Source: Octopus vulgaris
Taxonomy: Eukaryota
Assembly (NCBI GenBank): GCA_951406725.2
Contig: OX597816.1
Coordinates: 180,544,001 to 180,608,000, forward strand
Direction of reading: 5' to 3'
Length of the DNA stretch: 64,000 nucleotides
Shown piece after piece: positions 1 to 17,030 of this stretch (the stretch's first letter is position 1; every line of letters starts with the position of its first letter). A program made the translations under genes and the position numbers. The notes under the pieces were generated by a model, which was not told where the DNA came from, searched no databases, and was given only the letters and a program-made list of their open reading frames with translations.

Positions 1-63
1 TAAGTAGATCAACAGAATTCTACTGAAACAGCTGTTGCAAATTTTGGATTTTATTTGTGCTGT

Positions 64-112
<49 letters not shown>

Positions 113-150
113 ATGTATATATAAATACATAAATAATATGTATATATATA

Positions 151-521
151 TTCTTTTACTTGTTTCAGTCAGTTGACAGCAGCCATGCTCGAGAACCACC
201 TTTGGTTGAACAAATCAATCCAAGAACTTATTCTTTGTAAGCCTAGTACTTATTTTACGAATGTCTTTTGCTAAACTGCTAAGTTACGGGTATGTAAACA
301 CACCAACATCAGTTATCATGTGATGGTGGGAGGACAAACACATAAACATATATATATACACACACACAACGGGCTTCTTTTGGTTTCCGTCGACCAAATC
401 CACTCACAAGGTTTTTGATTGGCCTAGGGCTATAGTAGAAGACACTTGCCCAAAGTGCCACACAGTGGGACTGAACCCAGAACCATGTGGTTGGGAAGCA
501 AGCTTCTTACTGCACAGCCAC
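151..521 (-). mobile_element. tRNA-derived SINE, same family as 22975-23402
   Basis: Colinear similarity from TCTTTTACTTGTTTCAGTC to GGGACTGAACCC...CACAGCCAC. Confidence 0.85.
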
Positions 522-620
522 ACATATATGTATGTATGTATATATATATATATGTATATATATATATGTGTGTGTGTGTGTGTATGTATGTATATATGTG
601 TATGTATGTATGTGTATGTT

Positions 621-655
<35 letters not shown>

Positions 656-1090
656 GAACATATACGTATGTATATGTATGTGTATATCATCATCATCATC
701 ATCGTCGTTTAGCGTCCGTTCTCCATGCTAGCATGGGTTGGACGGTTCGACCGGGGTTCTGGGAAGCCAGAAGGCTGCACCAGGCTCCAGTCTAATCTAT
801 ATATATATGTTTGTATATATATATATGTGTATATATATATATATATATAGTATGTATGTGTATATGCATATATATGTGTGTGTTTATATATATATATTTG
901 ATATGTATGCATATATATATATATATATGTAATGTTTGTGCATGTAAATATATATAATATATATGTATATATATGTAAAATATGTATGTGTATATATGTA
1001 TGTATGTATATATATATATATTTAATATGTATATATATATATATAATATGTATATATATATATATATAATATGAATGTATATGTATATGC

Positions 1091-1131
<41 letters not shown>

Positions 1132-4100
1132 GTATGTGTGTGTATATATTAAACATTTACATGGAAATGATTGTTTGGTTTGCTACTCCTGCTAATCCCA
1201 ATGATATGCAGTACAAGTTGTTTCCAGGTTTTCCTGCTGTTACTGTCCAGATTGTTAACTTTGACCACACACTCATTTTTCCTCTCAATTTCTCTCTATA
1301 TTGTCATCAGCCCTCTAAGGTTTGGTCTTCCTTTTTTTCCCCCGTGTTTCTTCCAGCTTTCATTGCTTTGTTTCCCATCACACTCCACCTGGCTGAATTC
1401 ATGGAATGTGTTCTAACCCATCTCCTGATGCCTAAAATTCTCTATACTGTTTCATTCTCAAAACTGCAAAAGCCTCTGGCTATTGCTTTATCATTATGCC
1501 AAGACACTGTTCCATACAACACCAATCCAACCATTGCAACACTGACCCTTATTTTTGTATACATTCTTAGTCTGTATCACTTCCATTGTTTTTTGGTACA
1601 TTCATGGGAAATGATTAATCAGTTAAAAATCATTTAAAAGAAAGAATATATCTAAGTTTTCACTCATGTGTTTATGGTGTGGAAACTAGGGCAGTTTATG
1701 TTAGTGTCACTTCACAATCCTCAACCTTTCCATGACCATATTTCTGTTGATATAAACTTCTTTCACTGGGATTCATTTTGAAAATAAGGAAGAATTCAGT
1801 AAAATATCTTTGTCATTAAGTTGATGTTTTAAAATTTAAATTAACACCACATTTTGAAAGAAAGTTTTAATTTAGATGAATTTTAAACAGGATGTTTGGG
1901 ATACAATTAACCCTTTAACACCTGAATTACTCTGCCAAATGTTGCACTCATTCATTCACATTATTTTGAATAAATTATGCATTATCTTGTAGTATTAAGA
2001 TTTTGGTGAAGTGATTGTTTATTCTTAGAATGTAATTGTATGGTAGGTGTGACATTTCAGATCTGGCCAGTTTGATCATAAAACGGGTAGAATACTTAGG
2101 CTAGATATTGTTAGTTTAAATGCTAAAGAGTGGTCCCAGGAAGGTTTGTATCAATATGTGAAGGTGTGTGGCTCAGTGGTTAGCAGATTCAGTTCATGAT
2201 CATTAGGGCATGAATCTTATTTCTGGTGGTGCATTGTCCTTGAGCAAGACACTTTATTTCACTTTATTGCTCCAGTCCACTCAGCTAGCAAAAATTAGTA
2301 GTACCTGTAATTCAAAGGGCTAGTTTTGTTGTACTGTGTGACATGCTGATTCTCCCTGAGAACTACATTTGTGGAGTGATCAGCCATTTGCACTTTAATT
2401 TCACAAGCAGGCTGGTCCCTTGATTGGATTCATCAACTGTAACCTTCATCAATGTAGCTGACAAAATGTCAATTAGTATTGAAAGAGTTAATTTGATTGT
2501 TCAACAAACAGAGATTCTAGAATAAGTCATAGAATTAAATAAGATTGAAACATGTGATACCCTTGGCACACAACTGCTGGGCAGTAACAGAGATCTGTAA
2601 AAGAAGGAAGAGCAATGTGTGTGTGTGTGTGTGTGTGTTTATATAAAGGCACAGGCATGGTTACATGGTTTAGAAGTTTGCATTACAACCAAGTAGCTTC
2701 AGATCCAGTCTCAGTGTATGGCATATTGGGCAAGTTTCTTCTAAAGTCCCTGGCTGACTAATATCTTTTCAGAGAATTTTAAAGACAGAAGCAATGAAGA
2801 ATCCTGACATATGTATGCATATCTGTGTGCATGTATATGATTTATATATATATATGTGTGTGCATTTTCTGAAACAAATAAAAGAATTAAAAAAATATGT
2901 ATACATGTAATATTTAGACTATATATATATGTATGTATGAAATGAAAAAGAAATCTATATTCTACTCTATGTATTGAGTGCTCTCATTTTTACAACTTAA
3001 TGCATATGCATGTATGTGAGAGAGAGACAGTGTGTGTATGTATGCATGTGTGAGAGAGAGGCAAGAGGAGATTTTGCAGGCTTAATTGTAAATAGGTGCT
3101 AAATCGTTTCTCAAAGTTGACTATATAGCAACAGGTTAAGGCATCCAATTGCAAAATGCCTTATTTGAATACTTTATATGCAAATATATAAATTTGCAAA
3201 AAACATCCCACCCATGCTAGCATGGTAAACAGATCATATATATATATATTTATATATATATGTATGTATATACGTGTGTGTGTGTATTTATGTTTGCACG
3301 CACACACATATACATATATATGTGTGCATTTGTTTGTATGTATAAAAATTTTAAAGTATTTTTATGGCTGTTTGTGTCATGCTGATGACAATGTTTCTTT
3401 GACTCTTTTCTTTGGATTTTCACCAAATCTTTAATCCCACATTGCACAGATACATCACTTAGTAAATTACCTAATACATACGAACATATACATATCTATG
3501 TGTGTGTATATATATATATATATATATGCTTGTATATATATATATATATAGTGTATGCATTCATGCTTTTGTATGTATATATCTATGTGAGAGTCCACAC
3601 ATTAAGTGCATGTAGAAGTGCATATTAGTATCTCTTGACATTTACTGTTGTGTACGAATATATATACACCAAAATTTTAAGAGAAATCCACAAAAATAAT
3701 TAAATGAATAGTGTTCTTTGTTTATGATTCTCACTGTTCACTGTCCCCAGTTGAGAAAGGGACAAATTGTCCAGCTGTTGACTATCAACTAAATCCAGGC
3801 AGCTCCTCTTCCACTTCAAACTGGACATGACTCCCATTGATAATATTGTTGTTGTGGTTTTAGTAATAATAGTGATGGTCATTTCATGGTTTCAATTCTC
3901 AACTGCAATTGTTGCACCACTTTAGGTTCCTCGGAGTGTGAGAAGTGTCCATCTTGACAAACGCAATTAACAGCACAAAGATGATCAATGGCTTAGGCTG
4001 CTGCATGCCAGATATACTGATGTCGATTTGAAACTAGTTTCAATTCCTAGTTAGAACTGTTTCTCATTTCAACACTATTCCTCTGTACAGTTGGAAAGGT

Positions 4101-5246
4101 ATGAATGTCAAGATAATCTCACACTCCCCCCACACACACACACACACACACAACCCTCCCTTTTACCATTCTCTCATTCTAAATAATACAAGGATGTGTA
4201 AATTTAAATGCTATTAATCAGGGTTCTACAGTATGACAAACATTGTAGTAATGTGGTGTGTCAATTTTTGTCTGAAAGAACTGAGACCTGAAATTGATAA
4301 AGATTTGTAGATTTCTATTCTGATGTAGAATGGTATTAAATCAACTTACATCTGTAAGACCCTTAAGAAATGCATGAATTTCACAAATCCCTATTTTTCC
4401 TCTTCAGATACCTCCTTCTACTCCTCCCCAATCCCAGCTTATCTTCCTCTGATTCCTATTAAAATCTTCATGCCTATATAAATTTTATAAAATAAAAGTT
4501 TAAAAAAAAGGGGGAAGAAGTCATGGTTGTTTGTTAATATTGTAGACTAATTTCCCTTGTTGTTGTTGTCAGCTCCCTCTTCCACTGCAGCATAACTCTA
4601 TCCCACTACCTTATCATCACCTTATTATTGTTACCCTCCAAAAAGACCCATCTACCACACACACACACTGACTTCTATTTCTTCAAGGCTTTTATTTTTC
4701 CCTATTTGTTGACCTCACTTATTTTTTTTTTTAATTTCAGTTTCAGAAAGAGAGAAAATAAAATAATGGTGAATAATAATAATAATAATTACTTCAAAAG
4801 AAAAATAAAAGAAAATATAGGAAGTAAAAAAAAAGACATGAGAAATAGACATGTTTTTTAACAAACACAAAAGCAGTTCTTCACCTTGTATTTCAGACCC
4901 ATCTCCTTCCCTTCTGCAAAGAAAGGCTGCCATTTTGAAAGTCATTCTTTTCAATGCAATGCATCTTAAAGTAACAAAGGGGAAAACTTGTTTTATTATT
5001 GATAATGATGATTTTTATTTGTTCATGTTATTTTTTCTTTCATTCATTTATATTTTATTTTCCCTTTCTTTTGCACAATTTTCTTTCTCATTCTCTCGCA
5101 CACACATACAGGCACAAACACATGCACACACTTCTTTTCTATCTTTCTTCTGATGAAGGACTATCATCCAAAATGTCATAACTCTTCTTTTTACAGCATT
5201 TACTGAAACCTATCCTTCCCATGTTGTCTTCTTTTTGGGCTCATTG

Positions 5247-5326
<80 letters not shown>

Positions 5327-7635
5327 AAAAACCAAGAGATTTATATTGTCTGTTTATTATACTTGATTATGGAGATTTACTTCTAATATCAATGACCAAG
5401 GCTATTTTCTCTTACTTTCCTAATATATACCAATAAATACAGTGTGTTTCATATTGTTCACATGTCATGCCATTCCCCATCACCTACTAATTTTCATCTA
5501 GTAAAGTAGTTCAACACTTCTTTTTCTAGAAGTGAGGAGTTATTATTTATCGTTCAATACAAAACATGAAAGTTTGAATCCAGCTGGTGCACTATTCTCT
5601 ATTGTGTATATGAAAAGAATATTCTTTTTTTTCACTGAAAAACATAGAGTGAAGGTTCAAATGCAGTTCAAAATGAAGTATTTTATGGTGTTGTTTCTTT
5701 TCCTCATCAACAGTAGACACATATTTTGATATTCTTATCTATCTCAATGGTACAGCCCATGGACAATTAATTGAAATTATTAGTAAATTTAAATCAGGGT
5801 TAAGATTTTGTTTTCAAAATTATGTATAAACAATAAGTGCACAGGTAACTTGAATTAAAAATAAGAAGTAAATAATGATACCTTCATCCAACAAACAGAA
5901 CACATTCAACAACAAATGTCTATCATCAGGGAATTTCATTCAAAGTGATTGCAAGGCTTTTAGGCATTAGACAATTACTTATAGTATTAGTGAATTTAAT
6001 TGAAAGTTAATGTATAAACAACAGGTGTACAGGAAAAATGAACTTTAACTCTTGTTTCCATATTTCTCTTGAAATGCACTGCCATTATTTCAACTGATTT
6101 TTAAAATAATGAAGAACTTAGTAAAATATCTTAATCGTTATTAAGCTGGTGTTTGAAACATAAATGAGCATGAAATTTTGATGGAAGGTTTTTAATTTAG
6201 ATCACTTTAAACAGGAAGTTTGTATTATAGAACTAAGTGTGGCCTCAGGTGGGTGGGTATCAAAAGGCTTCAAAGAGAAACAATTCCTGATGTTTTCATC
6301 CACCAAATTAACTGGACATATTCAGTAACATTTAAATGTTTTTTATCAAGGAAGTTCATGTGAACTAGTAAGGTTTTCCCTTTTTTTACTAAGCAAAGCC
6401 CAGTCACTTTCACTGAATTAGACACTCCATTGGTGAAAAATTATTTAAATATCATAATTATAATGATACTACAACTATGATAGGAGTGTTGGTCAAGTGA
6501 TATGCCAGTTACTCTTGACATTGACCATGTGATTCTGAGGTTTGATTAATCTCTGTTTATTGTTTAGTCAGCAGAAGAAGAGCAACACCCATTTCCTTTT
6601 CTCCTTTTATAAATTCTCCATGACTCCATACAGAAAGGGTAGAAGATATAACAATTTAGTGTTACCTAGAGATGCTTGCGACAGAATAGACTCTGCTTAA
6701 GACATCCAAGCAATCAACTAGAGTGGTGGTGATGGGTGGTGGGGTTAGTAGTTGTAAAATGAGCTTGGTCACTGATGTATTGGCTGCCCTTTAAATTGGG
6801 CCACGTCATGTCCTGCTGGATGATCCCCTTGATTTGATTACATGATATATTGTCTATTCTTTCCACACGGTCAGTTGGCTACAGCTGCACAGTATGGGTC
6901 AATTATCATCTATTGCCCTTTAGCTATGTTTCTTCCCCTTCATTCAGCTGCAATTCACATCCCCTACGACCTCTTTTTTTCTTTTCTCAACTTCAACTTT
7001 TGAACCACACACACAAACACTCACACGCATACATCACGCATGCAAACATGATTGATATTGGCCAGATTGTATATTTTTTTGGTCCTTTACTGAACCCAAG
7101 TACACATACTCAATGGCAGATAAAATAAACATTCTGAGTTTAGTGTCAGGAAGCAAAGCTCAAAAGACCATTACCTCGAATTAACACTCCTAGCCACTTC
7201 ACTGTTAAGTGATTCATCTTTTAGAAACAAGTATTAAGACAACATATCCTAATGGAAAACTTTCACTTGAAAGCAAATATTTAAGAATATAACCCACCAC
7301 TATTAAGTCATCTTTTAAAGAACAGAAGAATACAAGAAATAAAATCAAATTATGTCTCAGAGTAAGATTGTGTAAAGCTTCATCTCTCAAATGGATTATC
7401 ATCTCTACGGTGTCGCTCACTCTTCAAATGTAAACCAAGATTCGTTGGTAATAATATTCTACATTTATAATGGCATTATTTTATTATTTGTTGGACCTAG
7501 TATTCTTTTAGACTCAGTAATCTATAAATTTCTTCTCTATGGCCACATACTTCTTACAAGCCATATTTAAACATATTTCTGTTATGTATATATTATTTTA
7601 AAGGCATTACTATATATATATATATATATACACAC

Positions 7636-7696
<61 letters not shown>

Positions 7697-7920
7697 CATG
7701 TATATATATTGTGTGTGTAGCTAGATAGATGTTTAAGTATGTGTATGTAGTATTGTTGTAGTAGTGGTGGTGGTAGTAGTAGTAGTATATGATAATTGCC
7801 TAATGTGCTTCACTGAGGGTTCAAACCTCAAACCTTCCTAGATACAAAACAAACTCCTTAGCCATGCTTGTCCCTCTTCATAGATGCATATACACACATT
7901 CTCTCTCTCACATATGTGCA

Positions 7921-7953
<33 letters not shown>

Positions 7954-8993
7954 TTATAAAGATTTAAGCCTTATATACTCTGCTGAGTAAACCACTAATT
8001 GAAATAAGCTCCTTTCAGGTATAAACATTGTATGAATTCCATGTTATGAGAGAACTGTTAATTAAAATAGATGTATGATCAAGTGAGCCATTAACTGAAC
8101 ATTCTACTGGTCTTACTTCATTAAACTAGCTAATTAAACCTCTGAATCTTCCAGTTTTATTACATGTTTGTCTAAAGTGTGACATGAATGTTACGTGTGT
8201 GTGTGTGTGTCTGTAGGCAAGCAACATAAACACACATGCACACAAATCCTCCCACACACACACAGACTACTCACACAAATGCAAGCACACACACACACAC
8301 CTTACACACAAGCAGTTACTACCACATACACACATACATATGCTACCATAATATACACATGCTACCACACACACACACACACACATACCAGCCATCTTCA
8401 CACTCTCCTGTCCCAGAAAGCACTTTCTCTTCCTCCTTCTACTCCTGGTCACTTCAGAAATGTAACCGCAAAAACTATTGGCGATTTTCCCTCCTTCTTC
8501 CTTCTTTTCCTTTGGACTTTCCTGTTTCTGATGAAGAGCTATGCTCGAAACATAAAACATTTTGTCTGTCTTTATGTTCTGAGTTCAAATTCTGCCAAAG
8601 TCAACTTTGCCTTTCATCCTTTCAGGGTCGATAAATTAAGTACCAGTTGCATACTGGGTCAATCTAATCGACTGGCCCCCCTCCCCCAAAATTTTAGGCC
8701 TTGTGCCTAGAGTAGAAAAGAATATATTTGTTGACATTTGGTGGTGTTAAGTATTTAGACAGGATATCAGGTGGTAGTATTTTGCATATTTATAGTGACA
8801 TCTGGTAGTAATGGTTTAACTGTTGCTTTTGTTGTCACTTTGATTGTAGGGACTATTTAAATATACAAACCATTTACTTACTACTTTTGTCCTTGTCAAA
8901 GATTTTGTTTTCATAGGTTACTGTTGTCGAGATTAAATTCTTTTTTTTACCACCTGTCATTTACCTATTCAACTTAAGATAACCATTCCTTAT

Positions 8994-9177
8994 CAGGGGC
9001 ATAGCTAGGGTAAATGGCACCCAAGGCAAGCATCAAAATTGCGCCTCCTGCCAACCAAAAAGTGGAAACTCGCATAAAAATGGCTTAATTTGAAAATGAT
9101 CTTGGTCAAATTTGTGTGCCCCTCAAAGTGGCACCCAAGGAATGTTCCCTGCTTTCCCCACCCTAGCTACACCCATG
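8994..9177. mobile_element. GC-rich hAT-like MITE
   Basis: CAGGGGCATAGCTAGGGT / ACCCTAGCTACACCCATG termini. Flanks TTCCTTAT/TACCTTAC match at 6 of 8 positions. Confidence 0.7.
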
Positions 9178-10039
9178 TACCTTACCACAATCTCATGATC
9201 ATGGTTTCAACTCATGGACCAGGCAATGTCTTGAGCAAAGACACTTCATTTCATGTTGCTCTGTGATCACTTCAACAGCTGATGTGTGTCACACCTGTTC
9301 AGGCATTGTCAATTTGATAGAAAGAGTGGATTAATGTACCATATGAATATTTTATTGCTATATACAAACTCTCAGTGCAGGTTGTTCAAAAGAAATTGCA
9401 GAATCATCTTTCTCAGACTCAAAGGATCACCAACAGCTATAACCATCCCTTAAGTATTTGTGGCATTCACCAATATTGGTTCTGGCCAAACTCTGATGAA
9501 CAGTTACAAATCTTCTCTTTTTTGAGAATCAACACTGTTTTGTATAGATACTAGAATGCTTGAGTAAAAATTAAATTAAATCTTCCCACACAACTAATCT
9601 AATTCATTAATCTTAATTCTTTAGTCAACATAAAACTAAAAATTAAAACATGGATAATTTTTCTCTATATTTTGATATATAAGTAGAGGAATATTAGCCA
9701 CATCAAATTTCTGCCTTTGATACTAAGATGGAACAAAGACAGATTCACCAAGGACTGCATCAGAAAGATGGCAGATTGAGTAACAGTTACACTGATGAGG
9801 GGAGATATTGCCACTATAACTGAGCCTCACTGCTCACTTTTATATATTCATAGTTTGCTGTGTGTTCTTATGCCTTTTCTTTCTCTCAAAATTCAATTCC
9901 CCATTTTTTTTCTACTTCATTTATCAAGCCGACTCATTTGCACGTATTGGTGAGTGCGACTCATTCTGTGAATGAAAGATCATTAACCAAATGGTGTTAT
10001 GCCTGTTATGTGTATATGTGAATCTGTGTGTGTGCATGA

Positions 10040-10206
10040 GTAACTGTGTCTTTGTGCATGTAAATATGTGTATATATGTATGCATATGTACATATGTGTG
10101 TATGCATATATATGTATATATATGTGTATATATATATGAAAGGATGTGTACATATGTATATGCATATGTGTATGAACACATGCATATATATGTGTATATA
10201 TATATA

Positions 10207-10256
<50 letters not shown>

Positions 10257-10537
10257 TATATTTAAATATATATATTTTTAGGTATATATATATATATACA
10301 CACATATATATAATCTGGTTCTGGATGCACTATTCTCATAAAACTTATATATATGTGGTTCTTTTAACATACCAAACTACTTGGTAAAATTATTAAATAA
10401 TAATTGATTAATTAATTTTACCCTTCATATTATTGATTATATATATTTGTACATATATATATATTTTGTATATATATATATATATATATACATATTTATA
10501 TATATACATATTTATATATATCTATATATCTATATAT

Positions 10538-10580
<43 letters not shown>

Positions 10581-10780
10581 TATATACATATAATTATAAA
10601 TATATATATACACATATAAATATATATAAACATATAAATATATATACTTAAATATATATACATTTATATATGTACATATATAAATATATATATTTATATG
10701 TATATATAAAAAATATATATAAATGTACATATATATATATTTATATATTTACATGTATGTATATTTATATATATTATATA

Positions 10781-10853
<73 letters not shown>

Positions 10854-10996
10854 TATATATAATATATAATATATATATAATATATAATGGCGGTGCTCCA
10901 GCATGGCCACAGCTCATTAGCTGAAACTGGAAAAATCAAAATCAAAATCAAATATATATATATATATATGTATATAATATATACATATATATATAC

Positions 10997-11059
<63 letters not shown>

Positions 11060-11080
11060 TGTATGTATGTATGTATGTAT
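10040..11080. repeat. Compound (TA)n/(TATG)n/(CATA)n microsatellite field
   Basis: Directly visible. Similar fields at 520-1145, 15497-15677 (long pure TA) and 16100-17030. Confidence 0.95.
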
Positions 11081-11342
11081 TGTAGCTTTAAGATTTTGCT
11101 ATAATCTGAATTTACCCCTTGTGGCTCAACTGTTTATTTTCATCTCTTTTGGAATTTGGTGTTCATTTCCTTTGTCTATTGCCTTCTATTTTAGATCCTC
11201 TCTCCCTTCATATGTTAATTACAGCATGATGAAACTTAATTTTTTTTGTCTTTTTTGCCTACAAGTCACAGAATATGTCACAGTAAATCAAATGATTATC
11301 ACTAGTATGTCATTAAATGAGCCAGTTGACAAGCCACTGTAT

Positions 11343-11593
11343 CAGTGGTTACTAACCTTTTCGCTCTGAAGGATCCCCCTGTTAAATGAATTCTCTGTTG
11401 GAGCTTGGGCTGTTGCAAGGTCTGTTTACTCAATAGACCAATTTTAGTAACTAACTCAAGTTTTCCCAGTTTCATTGGACATTTGAACAATTTGTATAGT
11501 TAAATGATTAAATGAATCTGAGTAAATTATACTCTGCAGTTTTTTAAGTACTTTGAACACAGCTCATAGGGTTCTAAAGGCTAGAAACCACTG
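11343..11593. mobile_element. Degenerate hAT-type MITE
   Basis: CAGTGGTTACTAACC ... GGCTAGAAACCACTG inverted termini. Confidence 0.6.
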
Positions 11594-12277
11594 TTGTACA
11601 TGAGTCACATTTGTTAAAAAGGAAGAATATATTAGATAATCTGGTTCTGGATGCACTATTCTCATAAAACACTGAATGTTCATCTGGAGCAGTTTTGTTG
11701 AACCCTAACCCTAAACAACACATCATCCTCAGCTAAATGGAAGGAGTAAAAAAAATCCAAACAGTACATATATCCTATACAGTCTGTGTAATTCTTTAAA
11801 TTGCTCAGAAATAAAATACTTTTTAAATCAAATTATATATATTATGTGTGTGTGTGTACATGTACATGCATGCGTGCATGTTTTCGTGGGGGGGGGGGTG
11901 CTTTTGAGTAATATTGCTTCAAATCAATTGAGAGCCAATTCTAAATTAGTTTCTTTTAAGTTGTTCCTAGCAACTAGTGTTTTCAAATATCTACTCTTGA
12001 AAAGGCATGACTGTCACAGTACAACATTTATACTCCTGAAAAGCAAATGTGAAGTTGTTATTAGTATTTTATAAAGATTGTTCTATATCATGTTGGTTAT
12101 TGATATTCCAGTTAACTAATAATGTTTTGTTAATATGTTCCAGCAAGCTTCAACTTCAAGGCAGGAGTTGAATCATAGCTAAAAGACAATGGAAAACTCA
12201 TTAACTGTATAGTATGCCTGCCACTTAAAATTGCTTGTTTTTTGTTCCTTTTTTTTCCACATTGTATCAATTTACTG

Positions 12278-12614
12278 CAGGGGCTCTCAACCATGTTTTA
12301 CCTATGGACCCCTTTGATTACTATTTTACCTCTAGTGGACACCCCATAGTCATATGATGTTTAAAAACTAGTTTTATAGAAGCTTATTTCAAAATTCCTA
12401 TTTTGATTTTCATACATTAACTTGTGTAGGTTGAACTACACATAAAATGTTAAAGAAACCTAGCATTGTACCAATACAAGCATCTAAAGCAAAAGTTTTT
12501 CAGGGGCCCTGTAAATACTATTTTGGGTCCTCAATTTACTATCTTGTTTTGTGTATCCACAAAAATCTTATATGGACCTTCAGGGCCAATATGGGCCCCA
12601 GTTGAGAACCACTG
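12278..12614. mobile_element. hAT-type MITE
   Basis: TIRs CAGGGGCTCTCAAC / GTTGAGAACCACTG with near-TSD ATTTACTG/ATTTACAA. A related longer copy lies at 24971-25503. Confidence 0.78.
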
Positions 12615-14076
12615 ATTTACAACTAGACGAACTGGATTGTTTGGAGTTATGAACACAGAACATGGTAATCACAGCACTGTTAAGTGTAGTGGACTGTTGA
12701 AAGTTAAGTACCTTAGCATAAACATTGTCTGACGCTGAAACAAGATATGAATCACTGAACACGATATGAATCAGCTGGTTTGCTAATACCACTTCACCTC
12801 ACACTTCTGATTTTGTTGAGATTACATCCTGTTCAAGGTGGTCAGCTAGTAGAATTGTTACTGCACTGGAAAAAATGCTTAATGGCATTTCTTCCATCTT
12901 GACATTCTGAGTTCAAATTCCATCCAGGTCAACTTTGACCTTTCAGAGTGAATGAAATAAGCACCAGTTGGGCACTGAGGTCAATCTAATCAACTTAGCC
13001 CCTTCCCCCGAAATTGCTGGCCTTGTGCCAAAATTTGAAGCTGATATTACATCCTGTTCATTGCTTAAGACTTCTGCATATGTTTGCACCATTTCTCGTA
13101 TTTCGTCTGCTTCACATGTCTAGACTTCTACGCTTAAAGATATTACGACAGATGTTTAAAGTATTACACATGTATGTACCACTGCACATGTTTGAATAAG
13201 TTCTCAAATGGAGATTAAAAAATCAGATGATAGTGTTGTTGCTTTTATTGTATATCTACAAACATTTCTGCAAATATATTTGTTGATATATTTTCATATA
13301 TCACCTCATCAGCTGCTATTTGATATTTCTGTACATTTAATATTACATTTAATCAGCTGTCATCTTATTCTCTACCTACCTTACAACCCTCCCATTAATA
13401 GGCTATTTTTTTTGTCACCTGTATCGTTATTTGTGACTTTTGTGGACATTGAATATTATTAAATTTAAGTATCAAATGCTATAGTACAATGCCTTGTACA
13501 CTAATGTTGGTGTTTAATTCTAATTATCTGTCCTTTAGTAAACTTTATCTTATATATATGTATGTACACCACACACACACACACTCATGTGTATGTGCGT
13601 GTGTGAAATTTAAGTGTAATTTTTATAAGCATGTGTTGTTATTGGTTAATCTCAATTTTCACAGAGTTAACCAGATGCAAGACATCTCACCTAGTTTAAT
13701 ATATGCTTCAAGTTTAATGTAGGTTTATCTATCCAAAGATAGCCTTGGATTTGAAACTGAAGCTGTGAGTCGCTACTTAACAGCTATATGTAACATCTGA
13801 CCCATCCACCTTATGCAACACCACTGCATTCAACTGTCACTAACTTTCTTTTTTTCTATCCTAACAATATAAAAGCAACATAAGCGAAACTGTGGTGGGA
13901 TTTGAACCATAGATCTGTACACAGCAAATTCAATTGCCACTTCATTGTAGCAGAACTGACTGCAAAATTTCTTATCTTCAAACAACTGATATTACCTCCC
14001 AACAAATGTTAGTATATTTGAAATCTCACTAACAACTTCATCATTTCTTTCAATTTATAGCTACTTTCAAAACTTT

Positions 14077-14151
<75 letters not shown>

Positions 14152-14592
14152 ATATATCTATATCAATCTATCTATTTCTCTATCTATTTCTCTCTCTCTC
14201 CCCCTATCTATCTATTTCTCTCTCTCTCTCTCTTACCTGATTTCTTCCAAAACCTTAATATGAGGGTTTACAAGTTCATTTTCTCATATGACATAAGAGT
14301 GGAAGAGCAACACCCCTGTTAACACTCTTCCTCCTTTAGTAATGTTTGTGTATCAAATTTGGATGCACTCCAGCCCGTTTATTTGTAAGATACACATTAT
14401 GTATTTATCTGGGCTAACCTATTGTCATATGATGAAGACTCACATGTGGGCTGATCCTATTTAATGTTTCATCATTGTTGTTTGTTTTCATGTTCCTCTG
14501 CTCAACATAACCCATTATTACTGTTGAAAGATACATTGCATTGATTCCTTGAACAACCTACAAAATCCCATTGATTAAAGCTTCAAGCCTAG

Positions 14593-14625
14593 TATTATTA
14601 TTATTCATCATCATTATCATCATCA

Positions 14626-14671
<46 letters not shown>

Positions 14672-14681
14672 CATCATTATT

Positions 14682-14716
<35 letters not shown>

Positions 14717-14749
14717 TATTATTATTATTATTATTATTCATTATCATCA

Positions 14750-14800
<51 letters not shown>
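14593..14800. repeat. Compound (ATT)n/(ATC)n trinucleotide microsatellite
   Basis: Directly visible; source of the poly-Ile/Tyr ORF in the track. Confidence 0.97.
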
Positions 14801-14805
<5 letters not shown>

Positions 14806-15469
14806 TCTGAGTTTGAATTGTACCAGAGTTCAGTTCACCTTTCATCCCTCAAAATTTGATAAAATAAGCACCAGACATGTACTGAGGATGATCCAGTCAG
14901 TTATACCCTCCCTCAACAAATTTATGGGCCATGTGCCCAATGTACAAAAATCCTTATTTTTATTTTTATTTTAACTATTTTTCTTTATAATGTTTATTTG
15001 TGTTACCAACACAACATCTACACTCAAACCTTTTCGAAACCAACAAATTCTTGACTATTAACTAACAATGAATTTTGATGGAATATTTTTCAATATTCTT
15101 CATTTGTTTCAATTTGCATTAACCCAAACTGCCTCTTCAAAATACAGAAAAAAAAATTTTAAAAATGGAAAAAATCTATAAAAAGAAGAAATTGATATTA
15201 AACCATTTATTTTTTTGGTTAAAATGTTCTCATCCTTGTATTAACTTCTGTTTATTTCTGCCTCTGACTTGTATAAAAACAAAAAATAATAATAAAAAGG
15301 AAAACATAAAAATATCATCTTCAGAGAAGATGATATGAGAATTTGTCAAAATTTAAGTGTCTTACTATTTCCAGCCTGCTGTAAATTTCAAAAGATGATT
15401 GAATTGGTAAAAACAAGAAAACACCAGCAAAATATTATCCAAAATATTGAAAGCCATTGTCAGAGTATG

Positions 15470-17030
<1,561 letters not shown>

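Noticed and set aside
1071-1637. 188-aa plus-strand ORF
   Set aside because: It starts in a microsatellite and has no recognisable domain or convincing splice structure.
4925-4937. YY1-like motif AAAATGGCAGC on the minus strand as a promoter marker
   Set aside because: A single short motif with no supporting exon or transcript evidence.
11701-11716. Telomere-like AACCCT repeat
   Set aside because: Only about two copies, consistent with chance or a small repeat relic.
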